Source of the DNA: Chrysomallon squamiferum
Taxonomy: Eukaryota; Animalia; Mollusca
Assembly (NCBI GenBank): GCA_012295275.1
Contig: CM022673.1
Location: forward strand, 11,160,001 to 11,224,000
Length of the DNA stretch: 64,000 nucleotides
Reading direction: 5' to 3'
This document shows positions 50,060 to 61,446 of this stretch, in pieces. Numbering within the stretch: the stretch's first letter is position 1; every line of letters starts with the position of its first letter. The position numbers and the translations under genes were made by a program. The notes beneath the pieces were generated by a model. It had not been told where the DNA came from and made no database searches. It saw nothing but the letters and a program-made list of their open reading frames with translations.

Positions 50060-50845
50060 TTTCCTTTCAGTTTATTCCTCAGTTTATTTCTTATCATTTC
50101 CCCTGTCATGGACTCTTCATCGGTCCATTTACTTCACAGGGATGACTTCAACTGGCTGAAATCAGGACTGTTACCATCTCCTTGACAGGCAGGAGACCCA
50201 ACAACTGTTGGCAGTTGTTTTTGTGCTACTGAAGAAAAAAAAGAAATAATAATAAAAATAATAACTTTGCTTTTGTTCAGTTTTAACTTGAAATGGTGAT
50301 GGTATTACAAAGATGCCCAGTTAAAATTATATAAATATATATGAACGCAAATGTTCACTGGTACATTAACAAATACAGTAATACTGCTTTTTTTAACTGG
50401 AAATGAATCTAAAAAAAAAAAAAAAAATACACAGCACATCTACTACAAGCAAGTTAAATAAAGCCCACCACCATTTAAGTGAAGAAATAAAATGTCCAAG
50501 TTTTAATGTTCATTTAAACTTTCTCTTTAACCTTGTTAGTCACATGATTTCATTGAAAATGGGCAATGCATTTTGTACTTTTTCTGGTTCCACTCTACCA
50601 AGAAGTTCATATGGCTGGTTTCCGTGTTTTCCTTTCAGTTTATTCCACAGTTTATTTCTTACCATATTTCCTGTCGTGGACTCTTCATCGGGCCATTTAC
50701 TTCCCATCTCTTTGACAGGCAGGAGACCCAACAACTGTTGGCAGTTGTTTTTGTTCAATTGAAGAAAAAAAAAAAATAATAATAATAATAACTTTGCTTC
50801 TGTTCAGTTTTCACTGGAAATGGTGATGGTATTACAAAATGCCCA
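50060..50845 (-). repeat. Duplicated exon-like segment (about 50060-50320 and 50628-50845) downstream of the kinase
   Basis: Shared ttgacaggcaggagacccaacaactgttggcagttgtttttgt and flanks. Only the distal copy keeps an AG acceptor (cttcag at 50229); the proximal copy has cttcaa. Confidence 0.85.
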
Positions 50846-51020
50846 ATTCAGATTCTCCAAAGGAATCAGAGATTAAACTTGGTCACAGTGTTCTAAGGAC
50901 ATGTATAACAGGTAAGAAGGCCCCCTCTATGAAGGATAAATTTGTTTTTTTAAATGTGAAGGCATATTTCTTTTTTTTTTTTTTTTTTTAATTTCAGCTC
51001 TCTGGCCATTATCCAATATG

Positions 51021-51077
51021 TCAAGGTTCATTCCTCAGAAATACACATTTGAACCCAACAAGTTTTCTCTTCTCTGT
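51021..51077 (-). CDS. Kinase putative last coding exon: TEKRKLVGFKCVFLRNEP*
   Basis: Nearest downstream acceptor (tttgattgtag), phase 0, then TGA. An alternative acceptor exists at 50228. Confidence 0.45.
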   Translation of the reverse strand, partial: TEKRKLVGFKCVFLRNEP

Positions 51078-54000
51078 CTACAATCAAATACTACTACAGT
51101 AATTTTTAAAGTTTGCTGAGAATCCAGTTACATGTATATATTTTTTATTTAAAAAAATGTTCCAAAAATTAAAAACATACTTAAAAAGCATTATTAGAGG
51201 CTTGTAATGGGACAAAAACCTCCAGTGTAAACATTACAAAAATTCATGACATTAATTCAAGTTTCTTTATAAATATCTGGAACAACAAACCTTTAATTTA
51301 ATGTAGTCCAAAGCCTGAGCAGCAGACCAACGGATGTTAGCATCTCCTTCTAAAGTTTTCTCCAGGAGAGTTCTGATGACTTCTGGCCATTCATTTTTCA
51401 CAGCATGTTTTTTAACAAAGTCTGGATGACGAGCAACCTTTGAAATAATATAGATTCATTTTAAACATAAAAAAAAAAAAAAAAAAAAAAATTAATTTCA
51501 ACAGAATCAAAATTATTCACACATAAAAAAAAAAAAAATTACAGATAATATAAATGTAATTTAATTATAGTAACATATTCTCAAAATGAACACTATTATT
51601 ATTATTCTTTTATTAAACAATGACAATATTCACTGAATCCCATATTCAATTTAATTTATACTTTATAAATATTATGTTTTCTATAGTTTGTAAACTTACA
51701 TAAGAAAGTATACGTTGTTGACCCTCCCTGTATTTTGTTTTGTCATTTCTATCTTCTTTCTTCAAAAAATACTTAATTATCTGCTGCACAATGGGGGAGC
51801 CACTCATCATAAATGCAACTGTAAGGCCAAAGCTGTATATATCTGCTTTTTCAGACAACTGCACATCCTTTTCTCTGTTTTGCAATTTTTCTTTAAGTAT
51901 GAAGAAACAAGCCTCTGGACTCATGTACTCTGGTGTCCAGCCAGTAGAGCTTATAGGATCTTGTGGGGTTTTCACAGAGCCAAAATCTGTGATTTTAAGT
52001 ATAAGCTCAGGCGTTATTAAAATACAGATGTTTTCAGCTGAAAAAAATACAAAAAAAAAAAACATAATAAAATAAAATAAAGAAATAATTCATGATATTC
52101 AGATTGTTTTTCTATGGCAGAGAATAAATGTTTTAAATTAAAGTAGCATGCACCAATATAATTTTTTTTGTTTTTTTGTTTTTAACTACGAATACATTTT
52201 TGATGCTGAAGACTTGTCCAAGTTATTTTACCATTACTAAAAATAGGTACATTAAGTATGATTGTTATTCATAGATCACATCAGCTTAAATAAACATCTG
52301 ATCTAAATCAAATCTTTAAATCTACAGAGAATTAACATACAATGAAACATGATTCACACAGAAAACTTCAAGAGAAATTTACTAATGTACAAGGACTACA
52401 GATCTACAAGCAAAATGAAGATTGTAAGTTTTGTAAACAACAAAAATTATATTTTTAAAGATTTTTATTCACTTTCAAAACATTTTCTTGAAATTTAAAA
52501 ATATTTAAGTACTTAATTTTGACACTTTTGAACGTGCATTTTGTGAGAATTATGAAAATAACTAACATTGTTACACGTAATTTATTAATAAAAGAAACTG
52601 GTACAGAATATAATATATATATAAAAAAAAAGGTAATAATAATAAGCATAAAAACTTCGTAAGTAAGAAAATAATTAAATACAAAAACAACAACATTGTT
52701 CTCACATTTAATGTCCAAATGCCAGATGCCATACTGGTGCATGTATTTGAGGGCAGCGCATCCTTGCAAACATAATTCCAGAATGTTGTTCAAATCTGAA
52801 ATCTTTTGAAATTTACCAGTGTTCATCAGTTTTTTCAGGGAAGGTCCTGGAAAATAAATGGTGCATCACCTTTTTTTTTTTTTTTTTAAAACAAATTTAG
52901 TTTTGCATCATTAAACACTTTGAATAGTTATCTTGCTGTATTTTAACATTTACTTTTTAAATTCTTTATCATTATATGATGTAAATAAAAAACCATGAAA
53001 ATATTTAGCAAGTTTAGAAATAAGCGTTTTACAGCTGATTATTTGGTTTGATTGTAACAAAAGTTCACTCATTAAAACATGTCAAAATTGATTATACATC
53101 AAGCAAAATTCAATTTTGTTTTCCTTAATCATATCATTATTGTATTATATTCACTTGAGAGACATTAAATAGTAAAGTTAAAAAAAAAAAAAAAAAAACA
53201 TGTCAAAATTGTTTAAACTTCTGGATGAAAACAATGTAAAATAAATGCCAAACAACTTTTAAAAAAAATATTTATTCCTATGAGATTTTTAAAACAATTC
53301 TTACTCCTACATCAATAAATGCATGTAAAATAGAACAGATCAAACTTTATGAGAAACTTTTTAAAAAAATTTGTGCTTACTCCTACATCAATTTCAAAAC
53401 TGCATATTTAAAATAGAACAAATTATAAAATAGAACAGATCAAACCTGCATATTCCATCAGAATCTCTGGTATTTCATTGTCAACAACGAAACCCAGAAC
53501 CTTTGTAATGTTTGGATGATCCAGCTGCATTAGTACTTTAACTTCCCTGCGTCGGAATCTATCTATGATCTAAAAATTAAAATTAAAAACAACATTGTCT
53601 TAATAATTAATTACAGTATATTCATATACCATCAGAATGGTCTAAATGGATGATTGTGTATTTCCATAAGTGTTGAGACTATGAAGCCAAAACTTTTTAA
53701 AAACACGAGAGAGAAAGATGCAGGAACTTTTTAAATCCATATTAAAACTGCTTCTCCAGTGATTTCATTACAAACGAAAGAATTATTGTGTATACATATT
53801 GTTGGAGAACTGATTATTTCTTAATTTGTAAAATGTAATTCATGTAACTTTGAATTACACTTTCAAATTTGTCAGTGAGAAATACAAATTTCAATCACTT
53901 TTTAGAAACTTGAAGGATCAATTTCTCTCCAAATGTTTATCAATCTAGAAAAACTTGTTCATGATTCATTTACATACAGAAGAAAAAAAATGTTTAAAAA

Positions 54001-55961
54001 AACTGTGCAGAACCAACCTTTTTGATGACAAAGTCCTTTTTTGTTACCACGTGTTTATAGGAACAAACATCTCCAAAACCACCTCTTCCAAGTTTTTCTT
54101 CCAATGTGTATTGTTCATTCTCAATCAGCTGATTTGAACTTGATGGATGTATTGACTACAAGAAAAATGGTGTTTGTCATTTATTTTGAACTTGTCATCA
54201 AAATGTTTAGCTAGTGCCATCTTATGACTCAGTTCTACAAGTAAAACACATGTATTAATGTGGCCAAATAGTGAAAATGTAATTTACAAATATATTTTCA
54301 ATATTTTCAAGTTACTGTATTCAATAATAATAAAATAACACTGTCTCTTTTACTGTGGTAACATTTTCAACAGTTGCTGTATTCTCTTTACATTTCTCTA
54401 CACTTGAGTCTTCAGTTATGAGACAAAGAATAGTATTTGAAAAAATAAAAAATAAAAATATCTTGAACAAACTGTCAAACTTCATTACCAGCAAATAAGG
54501 TATGCCACAAATGAAAGAATAATTTTGAATAATTTTTTAATTTTTTAATTTAATTTTTTTTTCTGTTTAATCATACTGCTGTGCATACAGTAACTCGAAT
54601 AAGGTCAACAAAGTAAACATTACCCTTTCAATGATTACTCCAGTCTTTCCTTTGAAATGTAGATCTGAACACAGCAAGTCTCCCACTGCACTTTTTGAAC
54701 CCAAAACAACATATCTAAAAATAAATAAATAAATAAAAATAAACAATTCTGGTAAATTTCTGAATTTTATATAATCACCTCATTCATATAAATTATATTT
54801 ATTCTTTATTGTGTTTTTATATATTATGTTTTCAACAATAGTCCGCGACTTTAATATTTTTCAAGTCCTGGGTTAGCTTATGTTGATTTCAACATTAACT
54901 TAGATTAAGGCAAGTCTATCAAACCAGACTAAATAAAATACATTTATTGTTATCTCAAAAACTGTTGGTGCAATTTAATACTATAAATGATACCAGATCT
55001 TTCTTTTAGAAGCTGACAGATTCTGCTACAAAGTAAAATTCTTAAAATTAAATATTACTCTGGTACAAAACTGCTCTGTATCTTGTGTTGAAAATGGTCA
55101 CATGATCGTTTTTGGGGATCATTCAGATCATGCCATGTAGAATCAACTTCCTGGTGGTGACACTGCTGGGTTTTCAGAGTTTGTTTTGATACAGATGTTT
55201 CATTTACATTTTTGGATTTTCCAAGTCGTATGTCATCTGCTATACAATGAAAGAAAAAGCTGATAATTTTAATACACATGTAAATGTGTTTAATATATTT
55301 TTATGAAATAAAAATTACTAAAAAAAAAATAATAATAATAATAAATAAATAAATAAAGATTAGTGATCTCCAACATTGTATTTCATTCTAACATCAACAT
55401 TGTCATAACATAAAATTTTATCACTTTGTAAAAACCATTCATTTCCTTTCTGATAATTGTTCTGCTGAATGAATAATGATTAACACAGAAATTGTTTTAT
55501 AGACTCAAACCTTCTCTTTTCGACTTTTGTTTTTCAATGTATTAGGGTCATTCCGTGTCAGATCACCCAATGAGTTAAACCCGACTGTCTCAGATTTTTA
55601 TAAAACTTGGTATACTTGTTGACTGGGATCCCACAGCACCAAATCTGAAATATTAGCCCAATCGGATCAGTGGTGTGGGAGATACGGCTCACCGAATTTT
55701 GAGATTTTTGGCAAAAATGGGCGTGACCCATAAAAATCTGTGATAGTCGGGTTTAAAAAAAAAATCGGGGGGGGGGGCAATTTGACATGGAATGACCCAT
55801 TATTATTATTATAATACAAACACACACACATATTAGAGTTCTTTTAAAAAGAGAAAAAACTTACTGTAACTTTCCTGTCCAGTCAAATTTTGATTTGAAC
55901 CTGGTGATCCTGATGGAACTACTAAATGTTGATCACAACTTTGATCCACAGGACGAAACAT
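51021..55961 (-). CDS. Ser/Thr protein kinase, NIK/COT (MAP3K14/MAP3K8)-like; whole spliced CDS, about 436 aa
   Basis: Exons on -: 55961-55865, 55236-55059, 54714-54624, 54155-54018, 53569-53446, 52846-52706, 52037-51700, 51437-51291, 51077-51021, all GT-AG and in phase. Motifs LGRGGFGDV, VIKK, FRRREV (alphaC Glu), HPNI, LMEY, HLDIKSEN, DFG, TPEYMSPE, ADIYSFG, RWSAAQAL. The pre-kinase segment GVIIERSIHP resembles NIK GVLLTEKLKP and COT GILLNMVITP. First and last exons are less certain. Confidence 0.88.
51291..51437 (-). CDS. Kinase exon 8 (subdomain XI)
   Basis: VARHPDFVKKHAVKNEWPEVIRTLLEKTLEGDANIRWSAAQALDYIKLK; conserved Arg of subdomain XI. Confidence 0.9.
51700..52037 (-). CDS. Kinase exon 7 (DFG, activation segment, alphaF)
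   Basis: SENICILITPELILKITDFGSVK...GWTPEYMSPE...KADIYSFGL; ttcag acceptor and gtaagt donor. Confidence 0.94.
52706..52846 (-). CDS. Kinase exon 6 (to catalytic loop HLDIK)
   Basis: GPSLKKLM...QGCAALKYMHQYGIWHLDIK; ccag acceptor and gtgaga donor. Confidence 0.93.
53446..53569 (-). CDS. Kinase exon 5 (alphaC to hinge)
   Basis: IIDRFRRREVKVLMQLDHPNITKVLGFVVDNEIPEILMEYA. Confidence 0.93.
54018..54155 (-). CDS. Kinase exon 4 (Gly-rich loop, catalytic Lys)
   Basis: SIHPSSSNQLIENEQYTLEEKLGRGGFGDVCSYKHVVTKKDFVIKK. Confidence 0.93.
54624..54714 (-). CDS. Kinase exon 3: YVVLGSKSAVGDLLCSDLHFKGKTGVIIER
   Basis: ttttag acceptor and gtaatg donor; encodes the start of the NIK/COT-type N-terminal extension. 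Confidence 0.78.
55059..55236 (-). CDS. Kinase exon 2 (N-terminal region)
   Basis: tatagcag acceptor; DIRLGKSKN...SSFVP; GA|gtaata donor in phase 2. Confidence 0.65.
55545..55798. mobile_element. Non-autonomous MITE (254 bp), Sola2-like, in kinase intron 1
   Basis: TIRs GGGTCATTCCGTGTCAGAT / ATTTGACATGGAATGACCC; 4-bp TSD ATTA on both sides. GRG terminus plus a 4-bp TSD suggests Sola2; the superfamily is an inference. Confidence 0.8.
55865..55961 (-). CDS. Kinase exon 1 (putative start): MFRPVDQSCDQHLVVPSGSPGSNQNLTGQESY
   Basis: ATG plus 32 codons and an A|gtaagt donor in phase 1 that fits the next exon. No homology support. Confidence 0.55.
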
Positions 55962-56203
55962 TATTCAAACGTTTTTTGTCGTGCTAAAGTTTAGGGGAAA
56001 ACGTTAAGGGGGAACCACCCAAATCCATTTTGAAATATAAGTTGTCTTTTAATATGAAAATTCTAATGGATCAAGATGAAAAACAAAACCACAGATTTAC
56101 CATAGAATAGGTACCATGAATTAGAATGTATGTTTGACACTGAGAATGTATCTGATTACATTAATGTAGACCATACACTCACGCCTTTTGTTAACTCTTA
56201 ATA

Positions 56204-59074
56204 CAGTGATTCTCAACCGCCGTGTCGCGACACACAAGTATGTCGCGAGGCTCCGTCAGGTGTGTCGCGAAACTTTGTGACGAACACCTGAAAACACGGA
56301 CAATGTGTATAAATCTCGGTTTCGTGTTATACTAATATGCCTTGGAGGAAGGAACTTCCTTTCTCCAATGAATATGCACACATTCAAAGTCCACCGATCA
56401 GTGGCGGCCACCAACCTTTGCACCTTTCGCTCAAGGTCGATCAGTTGCCCATGAGACGTCATGTGATAGGTTGTGTGTGTGGTGTTGTTCCACACTGGTC
56501 GTCTGTGCGCGTGCGTAATGCCGATTGCCGAATTAACTTCGCTGTGTTTTAAATTATTGTCATTCTTAAACACTTATTAGTAAAGAGATGTAGCTAACTA
56601 GGTGTATTTAGTTAAGAAATTATGCTAGTTAGAACAGACTTTGCAAATCTGTCGTTTCGGCAAATCTGTTCAGTTAACAGTGTTTACTATTTACTTACAT
56701 CAAACTCAGTCGTACTGCCCACTTAATTTTGACCTCTAAATTACAGATGAATTTAAACTAAATTAGTTTATGACTAATCATAACTAGAACTGAACGCTGT
56801 TTTCTGTGGTTGCATATTTTTCAATTTGTTTAGCTCAGAATCAGTGTTGTTCACGTACTTTCAAACTATTGTTTTTAGCTCGCAATACTTGAATTAAATC
56901 ATATGGTGAATTAATTAAATTAGGATATTCAGTTTTTGTTATTGCATTGGTAGAATAAAGGTTAGTTTTTACCATATATTGCAGAAGGTGATTGAGTGAA
57001 AACAATTTTGAACACTACTTAATGTTCCAGTTTGACACAGGAGGTTGACCGTTAACACACGGATCAGTTTAACACTGCCTTTTGTTTACTGTTATTGGTT
57101 AGAGTACGCGCGTGTTAATTGCTTATGAATGGATACATTTGTCAAAAGGAAGGATGTTAGTAACGGGTGTGAGGTTGAAACAGAACATACAATGAAGCCC
57201 ACAAAATCCAGCACAAAAAAGGCAAAAGTTCACCATAATAGACGGTATTGTGATGATTATTTGAAGTTTGGATTTCCTTGGTCAGGAGATGTTGCTCAAC
57301 CATGTCCATTATGTATAGTTTGTGGTGAAAAAATGGCCAATGAATCATGGTACCAAATAAATTACAAAGACATTTCACGACTAAACATTCCTACCTACAA
57401 GATAAAGATATAATTATTTTCAAAGACTGTTACAACAGCAATCAAAGCAACGCAATGTTTTTCAGAAAACAACGACCGTGTCTGAACGGGCTCAACTCGC
57501 TTCAATTGAGGTAGCTGAAATAATAGCAATGAAATCCAAATCCCACACTCTTGCTGAGTCAGTTATCCTTCTCGCTTGTAAAAAGATGGTGAAATCCATG
57601 TTAGGCGAAACAGTTGAAAAAGAAATTAGTAAAATTCCGCTTTCAAATGATACAATACACAGGAGAATTGTAGATTTATCTGAAAACATTGAAACTAATG
57701 TTCAGAAAAAACTTGAATGATCTAAATTTGCTTTAATAGTTGATGAATCGAGCGATATCAGTAACAGTGCTCAATTGCTTGTATTTGTTCGTTTCATTAA
57801 TGATGATGAAATAATCAATCAGTTTTTGTGTTGTAAAGAAATGCCAACAACTACTAGAGGTCAAGATATTTTTGATATGATAACTGGCTATCATAAAATA
57901 ATGAATTTGACGTGGAAGTTTTGTGTTGGTATTTGTACTGATGGTGCACCATGTATGGTAGGCTGCATTAAAGGTTTTGCATCACTAGCACAGAAAGAAA
58001 ATCCAAATCTTGTTCGTACTCATTGCTTTTTAACCTAGAGAAGTTTTGGTTTCAAAAGTATCACAAGAAGATTTAAAGCAAGTGTTACATCAAGTAGTTG
58101 AAATTGTCAATTCTCAACATGTTCGCTTACTCATGCATACCGACGTTCGATGGCTGTCAAAAGGTAAAGTGTTAACTCGCGTTCATGAATTACAGAAGGA
58201 ATTAATAGTATTTTTTGATAAAGAAAAGCACGAAAGATTTTGTAAATATCTTCGATGTAAATTTTGGATGGCCAAAATGGAATATTTAACGGAAATATTT
58301 GGTCAACGTAATATTGTGAACAGTAGTATGCAAGGTCGAAACGACAGATAAGTTGGTTGCCCTTAAAAAGAAAATTGTTATTTGGAAAAACAGAGCAAAG
58401 TTGGGTGAGTTTGATATGTTTCCTACAATGCGTACTAACTGTACTAAAGAAATGATCCCTATCGTGGTTGAGTATCTGACAGCGCTCGAAGAAAACATCG
58501 ACCACTACTTTCCGTCACTGAACACTGAAAAGTACGACTGGGTTTGTAATACTTTTGTAGATGTTCCTTCTAATATTGGGTTTAAATTATGCGAAGAAGA
58601 AGCATTGGCTACCATTTCAAGTGACCGCAGTCTTAAAATAAAGCATTCTGAGGTTGATATCGACACATTTTGGATTTCAATACAAAAGGAATTTCCCGCA
58701 TTAGCTGAAAAAGCCGTTCTTTTACAATTCTCTACTCCTTATTTGTGTGAATTGGGCTTTTCAACCTTAAATAATATAAAAAATAAGAAGAGAGAAAGAC
58801 TACGTTCACACTGAAGAAGAAATGAGAGTTTGCTTATCGCACATACGACCAAATATTCAAGAAGTCATAAGACAACACCAGGCACAAGTTTCACACTAGG
58901 GAAGTGGCAATTCTGGGACACTAACATAATAAACTGTATCAGACAAGTCCATATATGTATTTTTTAATTTATTTTACGATTTCATATTTAAAATTATTCA
59001 AAATTATTACTGTGTCGCGACAGTTTCATGCGCTCGTAGGTATGTCGAGAGTAAAAAAAGGTTGAGAAACACTG
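56204..59074 (+). mobile_element. hAT DNA transposon, Buster/Charlie type, full length (2871 bp), inactive
   Basis: TIRs CAGTGATTCTCAACC / GGTTGAGAAACACTG; perfect 8-bp TSD TCTTAATA with central TA on both sides; subterminal TGTCGCGA repeats at both ends. Confidence 0.95.
57129..58899 (+). pseudogene. Buster-type (ZBED5/ZBED8/SCAND3-like) transposase pseudogene
   Basis: BED finger (YLKFGF..PLCIVCGE), IPLSNDTIHRRI, DESSDISNSAQL, CTDGAPCM, THC, VRWLSKG, FSTPYLCELGFS and a C-terminal QAQVSH*. Several frameshifts and stops, and an apparent internal deletion after EIVN. Confidence 0.93.
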
Positions 59075-59195
59075 TCTTAATAACATGCGATCGAGCTCTT
59101 TACGTTATATTCTTCTTTCTTACATTCCACTTCAAGTTTCGGTGATCTTGCAGTTGAGATCTAATAATCTCTCTCTCTTTCTTAGACACAAAAGT

Positions 59196-59227
<32 letters not shown>

Positions 59228-59304
59228 AAAAAGGTGAACACAAAGTAATTGTTTTTTCGTTACTACTGCTACTGTTATTCACCGTCTGCGTTGTTCTTTG
59301 GTGC

Positions 59305-59583
59305 ATTAAGTAATATTCACAAAGTGGTATTGTAATCTAAACTTATAAATATATTTCACGATCATTTAAAAAATAATTAAATATAAATACTAACAGAAAA
59401 AAAAATCTTTAATTTAAACTAAATATAGAAAAAAAGGAAGATTAAATGACAAATAAAAGATAATGGCAGAATGCTTTAACAGCTATACTCCTTTTCAATT
59501 ACTTACAGAAAGCAAAGACTGAATTTCATTTACAAATAAAAATTTATATATACCCTGAAATACAAAAAAATGATTTGGTCCCA
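59305..59583. repeat. Partial copy of the same unit (no tRNA-like head)
   Basis: attaagtaatattcacaaagtggtattgtaatctaaacttata ... tgatttggtccca. Confidence 0.78.
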
Positions 59584-59798
59584 GATTTGGTGTTTGTTTG
59601 TTATTAATGCTGTCCTTTCTAGTAATATTTCCATCATTATATTACTCTTATTACTACTACATAATTTTGATGCATGCAGAATATATTTAAACTATTTCTT
59701 TGCACACTTTAAATTTAAATATTTATTATATAGATATCGGATGGGTTCTAGATACTATCTAGATACTACATATATATATATCATTCTGATTTGATATA

Positions 59799-60510
59799 CA
59801 GGGTTCATACATCTTGGGCTGTCAAATTTTCTATAACTTTTCCAAAACTTTCCATAGCCCACAAATCCAAATTTCCAAACTCCAAGCAATCTCAATCACA
59901 ACAAGGTGGGGTTTTATTTTTATTTTATTTATTTATTTATTTTTTCATTTTTTAGACGTTTGTTAGAGTTAAAACGTTTGCCTTGACTAAGCTGAGTGGT
60001 ATGCATGTAGGATTACTAATAATACAAAAACAAATAATAATAATAATAATCTAATTTAATTTGGCGTTTCAAAATGGAGTTTTATTCTAGGAGTGGACAA
60101 GACTATGACGTGTAAGGCAAATTGCCACAGATATGAATATAGAAGTACTGATTCATAAACAGTTGTCGCGTTCCTTTCTTCCTATTCAGTTAATAACCCA
60201 TATCTTAAAAATGCCACAGATCCTACTTCTTATGAGTTTGTGGTCTGAATTATCAGTTGGACTTCTCTGCAAGGTTTATTATTTCACAATTTACGACCTT
60301 AGTTTCAAGTTGATGTTGTTGTTGTTGTTGTTTTCGTTTGTTTTGTTTTTTGCTTTCACAGTCTTCCTGAAACTATTAGATTTAGTCAAATCAGTGAGAT
60401 AATCTTTATTCTAAGCAGATTCTGCCAGTTCATCAGCAGATGAAGATAGTGATTCAAAATCTTTTTCTAACCGTGCTCGCTTTGTCTCTAATTCAATACA
60501 CTGGGTACAA
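59799..60510 (-). mobile_element. Degenerate DNA transposon end with transposase C-terminal remnant (probably hAT-like)
   Basis: CAGGGTTCATAC terminus followed by TTTCCA subterminal repeats. Minus-strand broken ORF CIELETKRARLEKDFESLSSSADELAESA*NKDYLTDLTKSNSFRKTVKAK. Similar TTTCCA motifs recur near 62139-62210, but no second TIR was found. Confidence 0.45.
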
Positions 60511-60693
60511 TGAGACCTTTCCCCCTCTATTCATCGTCCTAAGCCCTAACCCTTAAATGAAAAGTAAACCTAACGGGCCGTTCAAATATTACACAACGTT
60601 ATTTTTGTCAAAATTAAACACTCACCCACCCCCTTGTAACACCTTACTATACAAAATACAAGCTAAAGCTCGAAGACTCCCCCTCTCCAAGAC

Positions 60694-61446
60694 CGGGTAC
60701 GGAAAAAATGGCAACGGAAAAAAATGGCACTGGAAAAATTGGCACCCGGGGAAAAAAATGGCACCTGGAAGAAATGGCACTGTGCAGATTTGGAAAAAAT
60801 AGCACCTTATATTTTTTTCTGTATAGTTGCTTTAAAAAAAATAAGCTCAAAAGTACTTTTGAAAATATAGTTTATTTATGCAATATTATTAAATATATGT
60901 GTATTAATATACAGCATCACTCAACAAAGTACAGTATTGTTTTACTTAACAAAGTACAGTATTATATCAGAGTTTAATATTACACATATACACATAAATA
61001 TATATGTGTACACCACACACACATTTTGTATTCAGTGTTTGAATTGACTAAATGATATCATTCTGGAGGATATTTTAACTATGGTGTATATATTTACATT
61101 AGGTACATCTGTATATCTGTATGAACGTGTCTGTATGTATGAATGTACTTACTCGTCTATGTACATATGAAAGCATATATATATATATATGTATGTGTAG
61201 ATGTGTGTATACGTATGTGTATAATATTAAACTCCTATATAATACTGTACTTTGTTAAACAAAACCAAGTGGCAGACTAATGCAATATATTAATATACAT
61301 GTATGTAATAATATTGCATGAATAAACTAATTTTTTTTTATAATCTGCACTGTGCCATTTACTCCGGGTGCCATTTTTTCCTAATCTGCAGTGTGCCATT
61401 TTTTTTCCAGTGCCTTTTTCTCCGGTACCATATTTTCCTGCAACCT
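60694..61446. mobile_element. Non-autonomous Mutator/foldback-like element with long modular TIRs
   Basis: Imperfect inverted arms of about 250-300 bp built from GGAAAAAATGGCAC subrepeats plus a unique AT-rich segment; direct repeat TCCAAGAC at 60686-60693 and 61447-61454. Confidence 0.8.

Noticed and set aside
54156-54234. Upstream acceptor at 54234 extending kinase exon 4
   Set aside because: It gives an immediate stop in the required phase 0; the acceptor at 54155 keeps the frame.
57129-58899. Domesticated ZBED5/ZBED8/SCAND3-like host gene
   Set aside because: Multiple stops and frameshifts together with intact TIRs and TSD show a decayed transposon.
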